Shown here one piece after another: positions 12,453-25,402 of a DNA stretch of 64,000 nt. The stretch is from Monocercomonoides exilis PA203. Lineage: Eukaryota; Protista; Preaxostyla. Under the pieces are notes generated by a model that searched no databases, was not told the origin of the DNA, and worked only from the letters and a program-made list of their open reading frames with translations. A program made the translations under genes and the position numbers. The DNA is taken from positions 1,426,001 through 1,490,000 of the forward strand of contig LSRY02000004.1 of NCBI GenBank assembly GCA_001643675.2, written 5' to 3'. Numbering within the stretch: position 1 is the stretch's first letter; each line of letters opens with the position of its first letter.

Positions 12453-13510
12453 ACATAAAATTATTAATAAAAATATCAGTAACATAAACGAGAAACATTT
12501 TTATGGTTTTGATAATTGACTATTGATTATCCAAAAAGTCAGTTTTCTGGTCAAATAATTTTGTAGAATGAAAAAACGATTCTTTGTAATATCATGTTTT
12601 TTCCGTTGTGTGAAACATTTCCATGTTTTGAGTTATTGATAAGAGATTTTTCATAGATAGGAAAAGCACTTTGATACAGTTTTCCTAACTGCTATTTGGA
12701 AAAAAAAGATGAGATAACAAAATGAATAATTTCATTCTCAAAAACATTTGTTTGATTTCTGAAAACGAGACACTTATCCTTTGTTCAATATTTCTCATGG
12801 AATATAAATTCCGTGAGTGATAATTTAAGAAATCAGATTAATTTCTGTCAAAAATTTCGGTCTCTCATTTTTTTTGAACATTGGAAAATGGCGCTGAAAA
12901 GTGATTACTAAATTTTGTATCTCCTCCGCTATTTTTTCGAATCTGACTTAAACTTTTGTTATTATTGTGATGTATTTTGCTTTTGGATGAGAATAACATA
13001 AAAAATAAGGACAAATCTTCTGGTAGTCAACACAAGGAAAAAAGTTATGATATCAAAAATTATCATCAATATTTGAACAGTAATTTAAAAATAAATATTT
13101 GTCAAATTTCAAATAATTTTTGAATGATTCATTTTGTTAACAATTCAGGTGAAAATGAAAAAACAATATTTGAATCAAATTTTCATTTCGACTCTCCTAA
13201 ATTAACCAGCAAGGAAATAATAACATTGTCAAGGATTTGTTTTTATGAAGGTGAGTATTTGAAAGAGGGAACAGACATTCGAAAATAATTTGAATTGAAA
13301 ACTCCATTTGTGAATTATTCTAAAGGAATTTATCAAAAACTATTTGTCAAACAAATAAATGTTTGAGAAATTCATTTTAAAGCAAAAGCTTTGGAGAACA
13401 ATTGTCATAATGAAATTATATCTTTCAGATTCCAAAACTGAATATATTTTTTTTATTCAGTTCTTTTGAACGAGGGAATGATTTCAAATAGGCTGTTGGA
13501 GATTACAAAT

Positions 13511-13768
13511 GGGTAATTATTTTTGAAATCATATCTTTTTTCGGGGTGTTGATTTTTCTAAAATTGTTGGTTTTTTGAAAGAAAATTTTGATTCAAAATA
13601 GGAAAAGCATGAAAATTGTTTTTTAAAACAAATGGTTTTTCCGAATCAAAGATTAAAATGTATTCAACAAGCCTTTTCTCTTTTCAATTTTTGTTTATTG
13701 ATATTCAAGAAATATTTATCTCACCGAAATTTTTGAATGAAATAATATGATTTCAAAAATTTACACCC
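13511..13768. mobile_element. MITE family A, intact copy (258 bp)
   Basis: GGGTAATTATTTTTGAAATCATAT...ATATGATTTCAAAAATTTACACCC with AAAT TSD; its reverse complement aligns with 33523-33632 joined to 53831-53976. Confidence 0.88.
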
Positions 13769-14251
13769 AAATTTCATTTTTTTGTTGTATTGTTGTATTT
13801 TTTCTCTTTAAAATGTTTTATTAAAAAAATATAAATCCTTCCAAATCATCACTTAGAATTTTATTCAAAAAAACACGATTGCGAAATGAATAGAAAGTTT
13901 AAACATAAAGGAATTGTTCAACTGCTTCAAACAATAAGAATGCCAGTAAACAAAAACAAGAAAATGGAGAAAGAAGCGAGTCAAGATATTTCAAAAGGAT
14001 AAAAATGCATTATGTCCCAATTACATACATAACATGCTCCCAAAGTTTCAGAAAATGACAACTTGCACATATTTCACAAATACGTCGAGACAATGGAAAA
14101 GGAAAAGAAAGAAAAATGAAAAAAAGTTCAAAAGGAATGAATAAGATAATCATTAATTGACCAAGAAAAGACCTATTGCTAAAAGAAACATAAAATACGC
14201 TGCAATTCAATGTGAAAAAATAGATGGAAATTAGCTCAAAAGAAACAACAT

Positions 14252-15790
14252 TTACAATTTCTTGATTTCCTCCAGAAGAAGACCTTTTTCTTCAATAAAC
14301 TGCTTATCTTCGGCTGTAAAAAAAGAATTATTGAAGCATTATACAAACATACACAAAATATAAAAATATCATTTTTTTCAGAAAAAAAATAAAATAAAAT
14401 AAAATAAAATAAGAAAAAAATTGAAAATAAAATATATGATGAAAGGTAATTTTCCACTTCTCTTTCTCAGCATTTCAAGCCACACTTCTATCATTCTGAA
14501 ACTCTGTCAGAAAAGGAATGAGCTTCTCTTTGTTCTTTCTAAGCACTTCCACAATTTGCTCAGGCTTCTCAGGGTTCATCACGAAGACCTTGAAAACATG
14601 GAAAGCTTCAAACTGAATGGCCTTTGACGGGTCTCGGAGCAACGTCATTATTCTACGCAGGTTGGCCGTGTCTCCAATGTAACGCATCATTGTGAAATAG
14701 TTTGGACGATCAAAGAGCAAATCAGAAAGGAGCTACAAATCAATCGCGAAAGTGCAATTGGGAAATAAACAAAGAAATGATTATTGTTTTTAGTGATGTT
14801 GTAAACAAAGTTAGAATTATTTTTTATATTTTTTAAAGAAAATATTTGAAAAAAAATTCAATTTTTTGATTAAATTTTACATGAAAGAACAACAAAAAAT
14901 AATAACGTTAAGATTCATAAAAAATGAAAACTTAATAAACCTTAACACTCTGTCTACGCGTCGCATAGTTTGCAGAACTTAGAAGGGCTGCATAATTGTC
15001 AAAAAACTTATCAATGAAAATTATAAATGTTTCAAAAATGAATTCCGTTTATCAAATAGCAGCATACAGAATTATAATGCGTTTGCAAATACTCTGAAAC
15101 CATCTGTTTATGTCGAGTCAAAATATCCTATTAAAGAGTAAAAAATATATTCAAATAAACAAGTCCATCATTATCAAATTATAACCTTAAATGATGTGAA
15201 TGCGTCACTTGCCAATTCAAAATTTTCCAATTCAACATAACGAAAGAGATAAGAAAACTCTGGCATTTCTATTGCAAGTTTTGCAAGAGCCTGGGAGCGA
15301 ATGCATTCACGAAACATAGATCCTAGAGAAAGTGCAATTTTGGATTTCTGAAAATCAACAAGCATTACACGGATAATTTCTGGATGTTCCAAAATATGCC
15401 TAATTACAAGTTCATTTGTTGGCTCTCTGTGCACAAGTGCATTAAATACAGTTGTGCAGTTCTTTCTCGCCTAAATAAAACATGATTTATTGTAAAAAAA
15501 TTCTTAAAAACAGTAAATACTTCAAATTCTAGTGATTCCAAATATGTCATCATTAATGTTAGCGTATCTGTTGTTATTATTTCATTGACAATTTGTGGTA
15601 ACGCATCTTTACTTGGTTCATTTTCAGCATCACCATAAAGGAGAATTTTCAATGAATTTATTGCTTTAGCGCTATCTTTCACTCCCTTTTCAACAGCTTT
15701 TGCGTCTTTGTTTGCTGCAATTAAATGTAGTGCAGTCGAAAGAGATTTAACGTAATCTGCAGGCTTTGGTCGGAAACCTAGAAAACTCAT
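14252..15790 (-). CDS. MO25: MO25/CAB39/Hym1 family scaffold protein (multi-exon)
   Basis: LKILLYGD, LEFE.RK, GSMFRECIR, FELASDAFTSFK, NYATRRQ, SKAIQFEAFHVFKVFVMNP, last exon EDKQFIEEK..LLEEIKKL*. Confidence 0.92.
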
Positions 15791-15934
15791 TATTTCAAAG
15801 ACTAAATTAAAGGGTGCAAATTCAATTTTTCAACTTTCATATCATGTATATTATTCAACACATACAATTAACAAAACACTCAAAAAAACAAGAAAGAAAT
15901 ATTCGTCAGTGGGTATATTGATCTTGATAAATAA

Positions 15935-16678
15935 ATGAGAAAACTCGTTTGCAAACTGATGATTTATCGAAAATTTTTATGACAATACATTATGTTATAC
16001 ACTTTAAAATATTTTTTTAAACTTGTAGAAATTTCATGAGCAGAAATTGCTGAAGAAAGTTAAATTTGCACCAGAATGGCAAAAAGGAAGTAATCTTCGA
16101 GAAGTTAAAATACTTCGCAGATACCACATTCAAAAAAGAGAAGATTACACACGATATAATAGAATTTGTGGATTAATTACAAGCTTTGTTGCACGCTTAA
16201 AGAAGTTGACTGAAGATGATCCTGTACGCATTGATTTGACTGGAGCTTTACTTGAAAAATGGTACACTTTTATTATTTATAGATTGAAGTTGATTTTCAA
16301 ATTATTTTTTTACAGCTATAACCTTGGCCTTATTAAAACAAAAAAAAGCCTTGTTCAAATTGAAACACTGTCTGCATCAAAATTTTGCAGAAGAAGACTC
16401 CCGGTCGTTATGGTCAGAAATCATATGGCCCAGAATTTAACAGAGGCAACAGCATTTGTTGAACAAGGACGTGTGTAAATACAATTTTGAATATCTTTCA
16501 TTTAATATAAAAATTTATTTCAGATATTCGAGTTGGACTTGACATAATTCGCGATCCATCATTTTTGCTAACAAGGCAAATGGAGGACTATTTAACTTGG
16601 GCTGACAAATCTTCAATTAAACAAAAGATTAAAGCATTCAATGGAGATGTAGATGATTTTGAATTACTTGGTGAATAA
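15935..16678 (+). CDS. IMP3: U3 snoRNP protein IMP3 (S4 domain), 4 exons
   Basis: 12-nt first exon MRKL spliced to KFHEQKLLKKV; RYHIQKREDY..YN, FCRRRLPVVM, FVEQGH/IRVG, TRQMEDYLTW, DDFELL. Confidence 0.93.
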
Positions 16679-16774
16679 ACACACTTCACATTTCATCGTT
16701 TCTCATTTCACTTCACTTCGTTAAATTAATAAACAATAAATGGATATTTATGTCATGATTAAAAACATTAACAA

Positions 16775-19117
16775 TTATAAAGACAGTTTTTCGAAGTTTA
16801 TCAATCTTTCGGCAAATGGCATTAATTCATGAGCTCTAAATCTTCCCAATTTTCCTTTTGCACAAGCAACTTCTGCATAAGCCTTCACAGCATCCGGTGC
16901 AAGAAAATCAGCAACAGGACTGAGATTTTCAGGAACAGCTGAACTTGAAGATTTTCTTGGAACAAGAACGACGGAACCTTCTTCCTTTGTGATACCTCCA
17001 GTTTCTCGGAAGTCTGGCTCGTGCTCTTCGACAACTGGAACAGAAGGCGAAGAAGAAGAAGAAGAAGAAGAAGATGCGGCAGAATCATCATCATCATGCC
17101 ATTCGTCTTCTGTGTGGAAGAGATATTTTGAATAATCGAATGGTTCTTTCCAACCATCTTTTTCTCTATCTAATTCTTTGTTCTTTCTGACTGCCTTGTA
17201 GCGCCTTTTAAAGTGATCGAGATGGCATATCAGAAGAGGAGGAGGCTCACACGAATGATCTTTCACACAAATTGGTGTAGAATGATCTGCTGTAAGCTGA
17301 AGAATCAACTGAAATAAGAAGAAATAAACATCAACCAATTGCCACATTTTACAAAAACAACAAAAAAATAAACACAGATTTGAACAAAACAAAATAATAA
17401 TAATAATGGAAAAAAGTAAAGTTTTGAGCGTAAGCAAAAAAGTAAGCCACAGCTGATTACCTCGTGACTACTTCCTTTGCCTTCGTCTGGCTCATCTCCT
17501 CCACACAGCCTCTCAAGCAGTATGCCAATCATCCTGTCGACGCGCTCGATGATTTCCTTCCGCAGAACAGGCCTCCCGTCGTGTCCCGTGTCGTCTGTCG
17601 CTTTGATGTGGCAGAAGCAGTAATTGTACGGAGTCACTGTGAAGGAAAAACATTCACAAGAATTGTATTATTGTTTTTATTAATTGGACAGTCCAAATGA
17701 ATAAAGTCAATTATAATCACGAAGATTTGTAAAGAAAACCTTCAATCATTTTAGCAAAGAATTCTGCTTTTTTCTGAAAATCTGTGAAATAATCACCAGT
17801 TGCACCTGGGCAAGTGTACACATCTGGGTATATTAACAATTAATAATGTAATTCAACGTCGATTATGAAAATACAAACCCATTTGAGCGGTCAGTGCAAC
17901 GCCAGCCACAATTGCTGTGGGTGCAATCACAAAAGGCTTTATAGTCGGACGAAGCTCAGAAAATGGAGGGATCTTTCCGAATGCAATGAAAAAAATATAT
18001 TGTTATCATCAAAATGTCAATAAACAGAAAACTGAAAATATCACTTCTAATGAAAAGAGACGTACGGTTATTTGGATCCCAGGCCCACGAAGTGATATGA
18101 GATTTGCGAGATTTTTATTTTGCTTCTTGCGCTCTTCATTCACTGGATGCTGTGAAAGGATTTCATAAATGGTATCTGACAATTCATTAATAATCTGAAA
18201 TCAAAAAAAATTACAATTCTCTTTTCAACATAATAGTTTTGTCAAACTTCGGAAGTACGTTTTGCTTCCGGGGTATCATCTAATGGACGAGAACGAAGCA
18301 ACGGTTTGCTAAAGCAGCACAAAATAATTCTAAAAAATAATAGTAAATATCACTTTTTTCATACTAATCAACAAGCGGATCGGTTCCTGTGACATTTCCG
18401 CTCATTCCTGGAGCTCTAATGCGGATCGCACAACGATGCTCCGTTAAATACTTGCAAGTTACTTGAACTTCCGGAAACTTTTTCAATGTTCTTTGAAGAA
18501 CAACTTTCATTATGAAATTGTGAAAAAAAAAATACAAACATTCCATTAATGGACTTTGCAAGAAGTGGTCCTATTACTTCCATAGATCTATCTGCTCTTC
18601 TTGTAATTACCATATTTGTTGGTTTGTCATAAGTGCAAAAATTTGACTTAAAAGATATATATTAATTTATTTTTAGATAAAAAATTGCTTTTTCCAACTT
18701 TAAATGCAATATCACCAGGATGCATATCAAGACCTCCTCCAAGCGCTTCAAATGCTCCTCGGCCACGATAAATACTATTGGGCGCAGAGTTAAAAAACAT
18801 GAACAATATTAAAAATTTTCAAACCCTCTTGGTTGATACCCAAAGATAAGCATATGAGCAGTGTCAGACCCGCACGCAAACCCTGGCTCCAAAGAATCCA
18901 TCAGACCAGTGACGCCACATTCTTGTGAATATTCATTAAAGAATTCAATTATCAAATAATATTTTTTTTATCGTATGATAATACCTGCTAATGCATCTAA
19001 AAATGGGGTGTGTGCCGTTTCCAATGGTGTTTTATATCGAAATGCTTGGCAAGATAAATCGCCAACACCATCTACAACAATTGAAACAATTTTTCTTTTC
19101 CTTGTTTTTGTCTCCAT
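16775..19117 (-). CDS. Cofactor-independent phosphoglycerate mutase, ApgM (archaeal) type, multi-exon
   Basis: VVDGVGD, TPLETAHTPFLD, ACGSDTAHM, YRGRGAFEALG, EHRC, HIKATDDTGHDG, TADHSTP..KDHS metal-binding motifs. Confidence 0.9.
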
Positions 19118-19185
19118 AAAAATCTTTTGGATATAGATCAAAAATTATTAAAAAGAGAAAAATAAAGAAAATTTCAAAATATTTA

Positions 19186-21432
19186 TTACAAATGAGGTGG
19201 CGAAAACATTGCTTCTTCAAATGATTTTTGTGGAGAATGTGTTGATTCATCGGTTTTCTCCAAATGAGTATCCATCAATATTGTAGTTGAAGAATCATTT
19301 GCAAATGGCTTTGGAGGCGAATATGTATTAAAAGTGGGGGTTTTCGAATTATCAAACGAATGCCAATGTTGCATTGCAGGCATTCCAAGTGGTGCTGCAC
19401 CAGTTTGAAGTAGACTTGTTGTCGTAAGAGGCATCGGTAAAGAAGAAGTTAGAGAACTTGTAGTTAATGGCTTTGAGGATGTAAGTGAATGAGAAGGTGA
19501 AAGTGTGCGAGGAACATGAGGATAAGGATCCAAAGTCAGCGTTGTCAGAGGCTGAAATGAAGGACTAGTAGACTTGGAAAAGAAAGAGGTGGTCAATGAA
19601 GTGGGCTCAGAAAACACAGATGTTGTGAGTATTCGTTCGTGAGGTGAGCTAAATGCAGAAGGAGGAGTCGGAGGAGAAGGTGCAGCGTACGTCTGAAAAG
19701 GCGAATTTTCCTTTTCGTCGTCTTCCACTTCTGCATTAACCAATGAATTGTCTTCTTCATGCGAAGACTCTTCGCTTCCGTTCTCCTCTTCCATCTTCCT
19801 CTCCTCGCTCCATTTTCTGCTTTGTGTCTCGCTTTCTGCATCAGATGGAGATAATTGATTATCTTCACTGGCACTCTCCATCTCCTCTTCAAATTCAAAC
19901 TCACTCGAGCTGATTTCGCTTGAATCATCAGCTCCTTCTTCTCCTTCTTGCTTCTCTGGGTGCTGTTTGTCCTTCTTCACGGTCATTCTTCTCTTTGCTG
20001 ATAACATTCTTTCTCGTTTTTTAATGATTGACTTAATATCCACTTTTGGAAGCTTGAGCACATTATTGCCAGCTGGTTTTGATGATGATAAAATCTTTGC
20101 TGAAGTCGCGTTGTATGTTTTGCCACGTGCTAAGATGGGCATCAGAAGTTCTTTGTTAAACGGAAACGTCGGCAGATGGTAGCACGGCTGCTGAATCTGG
20201 AATGATGTGTTCGCTTCTGAGAGCTGGAGAGAAGAAATTCTCTCTTGCACATCTTCGCATTGTGAATTAGAAGAAGGCAGATGGATTTCCTGAAATCCTG
20301 ATGTTAATGAAAGTTTTGGAGTGGACACAGAATTAGAATCAGAGCAATCTGCTTTTTGATCTGTTTCATTTTCGATTTTATCAAAGAATGCTTTCAGACG
20401 CTTTTGTGCTGATTGGATCGTTGAATAGTCTGTCCGTCGCAAAAGAAAAGGCAAAGGCGTCTGCGAAACAACTGCTGTTTTGAGAGGCAGTACAGTTTTT
20501 ACTTGTTTAATAAGTGAAGAAGACTCTTGAGATGAAGAATGTGAAGCTGATGCCTCAATAAATTGCAAAAGTTCACTGTCATATTTCGTACCATTATTAC
20601 AATTGAGATTTGAACTTTGAGATTCGCCGTGCTGATTTGAAGAAAGATTCGTTCTGTCTGACGAATGCTTTTCGTTGTGCGTGATATTATACATTTGCAC
20701 TAATTGACTAATAGAAGGACCCAAAAAAGGATGATCACGATATAGAATAGCCTCTCTTGTGAAGATAGATGCCAAAGATTGCATTGATTTCTTCACTTCC
20801 ATATCCGCAGCAGTCATCGATACATGTTCATCTAATATCATTTGCTCTCTTTTCCGTTGATAAAGTAACTTCCTCTTTTCTTTTGTGGACTGATAATATT
20901 CCTCATCTAAAATCAAAGACTTTCGTTGTTGAAAAAGTTGGTCTTCCATCTCGTGTAGTTGTTTGTTGTTAAATTCTTGCTCTTCCAATTTTTGTTTGTG
21001 AAAACGCTTTTCTTTCATTCTTTTTGCCATTGTCACACGATTAAGTTCCCATAAAGATTGAAGAGCATTATCCAAGAATATATAGCTAGAATCTTCATTA
21101 CTTGAATTAATATTGCCATTTTTTCTCTGAGCTTCATCTTCATGATCAGTTGAACGACTGGTCTCAAATGATATGTTGATACTTGGATGAAATGCACCTC
21201 GTGTAACCTTAACAGAAGCATCTGGAAGCAGAAGATCAGTAGATTTAATATTCTTTAATGGCTTATGTGTTGATGGTTCATCTTCTAATGGTCCAAACTT
21301 TTCCAAATGAGCTGAAGATAAAGATTTATTCCAATCGCCTAAGAGTAAAGAAAAAATAATCAATAAATTATAAAGATATTTTTACATAAATTTACACAAA
21401 CTAAATAGTGTTTCAGATATATCATTTCCCAT
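19186..21432 (-). CDS. Hypothetical protein with coiled-coil, acidic and Ser/Thr/Pro-rich regions
   Basis: 725-codon ORF plus a probable short first exon from ATG 21432; no recognised domain. Confidence 0.65.
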
Positions 21433-21504
21433 GAAATCTTCTATTTAAAGCGATTTTGAAAAAAAATCTGAGAATTTAATAAAATACTATGGAACAGATC
21501 AAAA

Positions 21505-24500
21505 ATGACTTTAGATTCACAACAGCTTGCAGAGATAAAATCTCAGAATTTCGATCCAGAAAAATGTATTTTGCTATTTTTATTTGTTGGTCATTAATGA
21601 CTTTTTAAAATAGATGTGCTCTCTTTTCTGAAGACTGTTAATTCACTTGAAGATATTCCAGAGCATTTGCAAGATTTGAACACTGCATTTCGCAACAAAA
21701 CAGAGAAGCTTAGTGGCGCAATGCATTCTCGATATGCGACATTTATCGATGCTTCTCTTCAATTTACAGGTACGTTTGATTATTTCCAATATTTCATTTT
21801 TTATCTTTTAATAGGAATGGAAACGCAATTAAATCAAGTCAGTCTGAAAATCAATGACCTTAAGACCTCTTTAAAACATATGAGGGAAATTGCAGAGACA
21901 TACGTTTCAGGTTTGGAGAATTTGGTATATATTTTAATTAATTTATTTATTTTTCCTATGTGATTGAATAGATGAAAATTCAAAAGATAAGCAAGAGCCT
22001 TCACTTCACATACCACCACCACCTCACTATGATGCTTCTTTTGCAGAAAACTGGGAAGACCAGATGGATATATTTATTCAAACCAGACAATTTGACAAAG
22101 CGATTGCAGTTCTAAATTCAAAAGCAGATATTGTTAATCCTGCAATTGTAAGTCGATGGAAAGATATTCTTGGAGATGCTTTAAGTGAGGATGTTGAAAA
22201 GCTTACAAGCGGCGGAGAATTAAATCAAGTTTTGACATGGCTGATGGATCTTGGGCGGAAAGAGCAAGCAATAGTATTATTTTTTGAGCATCGTTCATGG
22301 ATGATCAAAACGATGAAAGCCGCAATTAAGTTTCAAGGAGACATTGTCACGTACATAAAGGAGCTATCTGTCTCATTTTTCACTTCGCTTGTGAAGGGCG
22401 TTGAACAGTTTGTCCTGATGTTCCGGGATTTGGGGAGGATGGGAGACTATATTGCTTGGGCGCTGAACAGCGTGATGAATTTCTGCGATACATTCCGAAT
22501 GCAAGTATTATCCAGTGGGTCTTTGCGGTGCATTGGCGAGTCAATGAAGACTGCGCTGAGCGAGGCTGAGCGTGCGGAGCTAAGTGGATTGCCGTTTGTA
22601 GCGTTTGTGGAAAAGAGATTCCGCGAGGACATTAAGGAAGCCATGGCAAGCTGGGATGTCGAAAGACTGTTTGCGCAGCTCATTGAGGAGGATGCCTCGA
22701 ACGGGTGGATTCCGCGCGAGCTGACAATGGCACAGCTGACAGAAAGTGTGCAGACGCAGTCGAATGATAGGAATCATATGCTTGTGGAAGAGGCTGACGA
22801 AAGAGAAATGTTAGGAGGAGTACGAAGCGAAATGGAAAGTGGAGGAAATTTTGTAAGCGAAGACGGTCGCAAAATGGACATTGGAGATGGGGACGCTGGA
22901 TTTGAGGTGGAGCTTGTTGGAATGGGAGATGTGGAAGAAACATACGGGCAGTCATCCACTCCAACGAATTTCACAAAGATCGGGTCTGCTTCAAGGGTCG
23001 ATGGAGGAGATGGTAACGAAGGGCCCGAAGAGCTTGTCGGAGGACTCAGTGAAGAACAAGGCAATTCCAGAGAGGATGTCGTGGGCAAAGTCAGAAGCAC
23101 CATTCGAGGCGCAGAGAAAAAACCGGATCAGACTTATCGCATTTTACGTTGCGGGCAACATTTTTTCTCTTCAATGACTGGTTATCTTCAAGAAGTGAAG
23201 CTGATAACAGCTGTTGACGTGTGCATATGGGAGCATTTTTTTATTTTTTTGAAAAGGAAAGAGAAAACAAAAACGGGTTAAAAAAGACTTTTTTTAAATT
23301 TTGTGTTTCTTTTTTTTTGAAAATTTCTATTTTGATGATTCTTAATTCCTATTCAATATAAACTTGTTGATTCAGGTACAATCTGAAGTTTTGCGATGGG
23401 TGCTTTCGCTTTTCAATGTGTTCTTTTCGCTGCTTACAAAGAAAGCTGAGTTGACCTTTGTTTATCAATCAGAGCGCCAGTTTGTGTCTTTGCTGTCGAC
23501 AATGACAGTTATCGTGTCAAACGTTGTGGATCCGCTTATTGGCGATGCAGCGCTGGACGGGAACAATGAAATTCTGTTGCTGTCAAAGAAACTGCATCAA
23601 GTAATTGACACTTTCACTTCGCGCTTCCAAGTGACGTATGCTGTGATGCTATTGAAGTATACGCTTACGTTAAATCAAATAGATTATTCAAAGGTTTGTC
23701 TTATAACATTTGTTCTGCGCAGTCAAAAAAAGTATTGTAACTGAATTTATTTTTGTTGTACTTTGTTTGTTTAAAAAAATTTAAATGCTTTCCAAACATA
23801 TTCATTCACTTTTATCTGCAAACAATCCATAGCGTGCATTCAACAAAGAAGATCCACAATTTCCTTCCACTCCGTTTTTGTCGCTTGCCAGTCGAATTGA
23901 GTCATTGACAGCTGTTTCTCGCTCAACTTTTCCGTTTCAGCATCCAAAATTGATTGTATCTGATTGCATTATGCACATTGTGAGGCTTCTTGGAAGGCTG
24001 AATGTTGAAGGGCAGCCTGAGGAGTTTGACAAGGAATCTCCGCTTTTGATCACACGAATTGGGTCAGGAGGTTTGATTATATTGGAATTGTAGTTTATTT
24101 CTTTTTTCATTTTCTTTTTTCATTCATTTATTTATTTCATTATTTTTTTGCTTCTAACAATTATTTTTTATATTCAACATTTAATTTTTTGCTAATTTTT
24201 TGCTGATAATAAATAGGCCTTCATCAGCTTTTGGTTGATATTTGCTTTTTGAAAAGAGCATTTAGAATCTTTCAAAATGAAGAAATAACTGGATATTTTG
24301 AGAAAGTGTGAACAATTTCATATTGCCTTTTTGAGGGTTTTTTATATCACCTGTTTTATTTCTGTATTCTCAATTGAATCATTCCACAAAACACGTTTTT
24401 TATTTAAAGTTAATAAATAGGATTAAACGAATTTATGAAGAGATGAATCGACTTCCAAGTGAAAACCAGCAAGTGATGGTTTGAATCATTTTTCAAAAAG

Positions 24501-24691
24501 AATGCTTTAAGTTTTTTAACTCAAATTTTCTTCTTTTCGTCAATTTTTGTTGTGCTTTTTTGAATTTTTCACTAATTCTCTGTTTATTGATGATTGGATT
24601 TTTATAGGAAACCTCTCAATACGAAGAACTTGGAGATTATGCTTTTATGAACTGCGCAGACAAACTTGATGCTTTGCTTTATCAAACTTGA
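21505..24691 (+). CDS. Exocyst subunit Exo84/EXOC8-like (Vps51-type N-terminus), multi-exon
   Basis: NFDPEKYV...RYATFIDAS..FTGMETQL; FDKAI, WLMDLGR..QAIVLFFEHRS, FQGDIVTYIKELS..FF, YIAWA..F...F..QV match the Exo84 pattern. 3' end approximate. Confidence 0.7.
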
Positions 24692-25402
24692 AAGCGAGTC
24701 GATTTTTTGTAATTCTTTTAATACTTGAAATCAATGGAATTTCCTTCATCATCTAATTTCCATTTGTGATAAATGTTTTAGCTTTTCGTGTCCGTTTTGT
24801 TGATATTTTTAATTTAAATTTCATATTTTTAGTTGTTACATTAAAGTGAAATAATTTCAAAGGAAAATGCAACAGGGCAAAGCATATTTAGCTTTTTCGA
24901 AAGATGAAGAAAGCAGCAAAATCACACTATTGTTTTTCATTTTAGAATTTCAAATCATCATCAAAAATGTGATTTCTTAAGTCCAAAAAACTCATTTTCC
25001 ATCCTTTAGTGAACCATGCAAAGCAAAACTTCTAATTGTTTCATTTCTTGCCAATGCGACGAAAATCTTCAAAACATGTTGATTTTTAAAAAAATATAAC
25101 AATTAAAACTGTTTGGTTCTTCAAAAACAACACAAATGGCATAGATATCGAAATGAAGTGAACTGATGAATTGAAAAATTCATCTTCAATCAAAAAAATA
25201 AAAAAAAAGCTAATGAAAGCAAATCGTTACTAAAAAAGCAAATCTGGTTAGATCATTTATTGATAGCTTCTTTTGCTAACAAATTCAGTTAAGCCATCAA
25301 AACGATACAATGAAGCTTTTATCACATAACAGATCGATTATTCTTTGATAAGAATAACTCGAAATCTTCGGCTAATCATTAATTGCAGTAATTTCATCAT
25401 TC

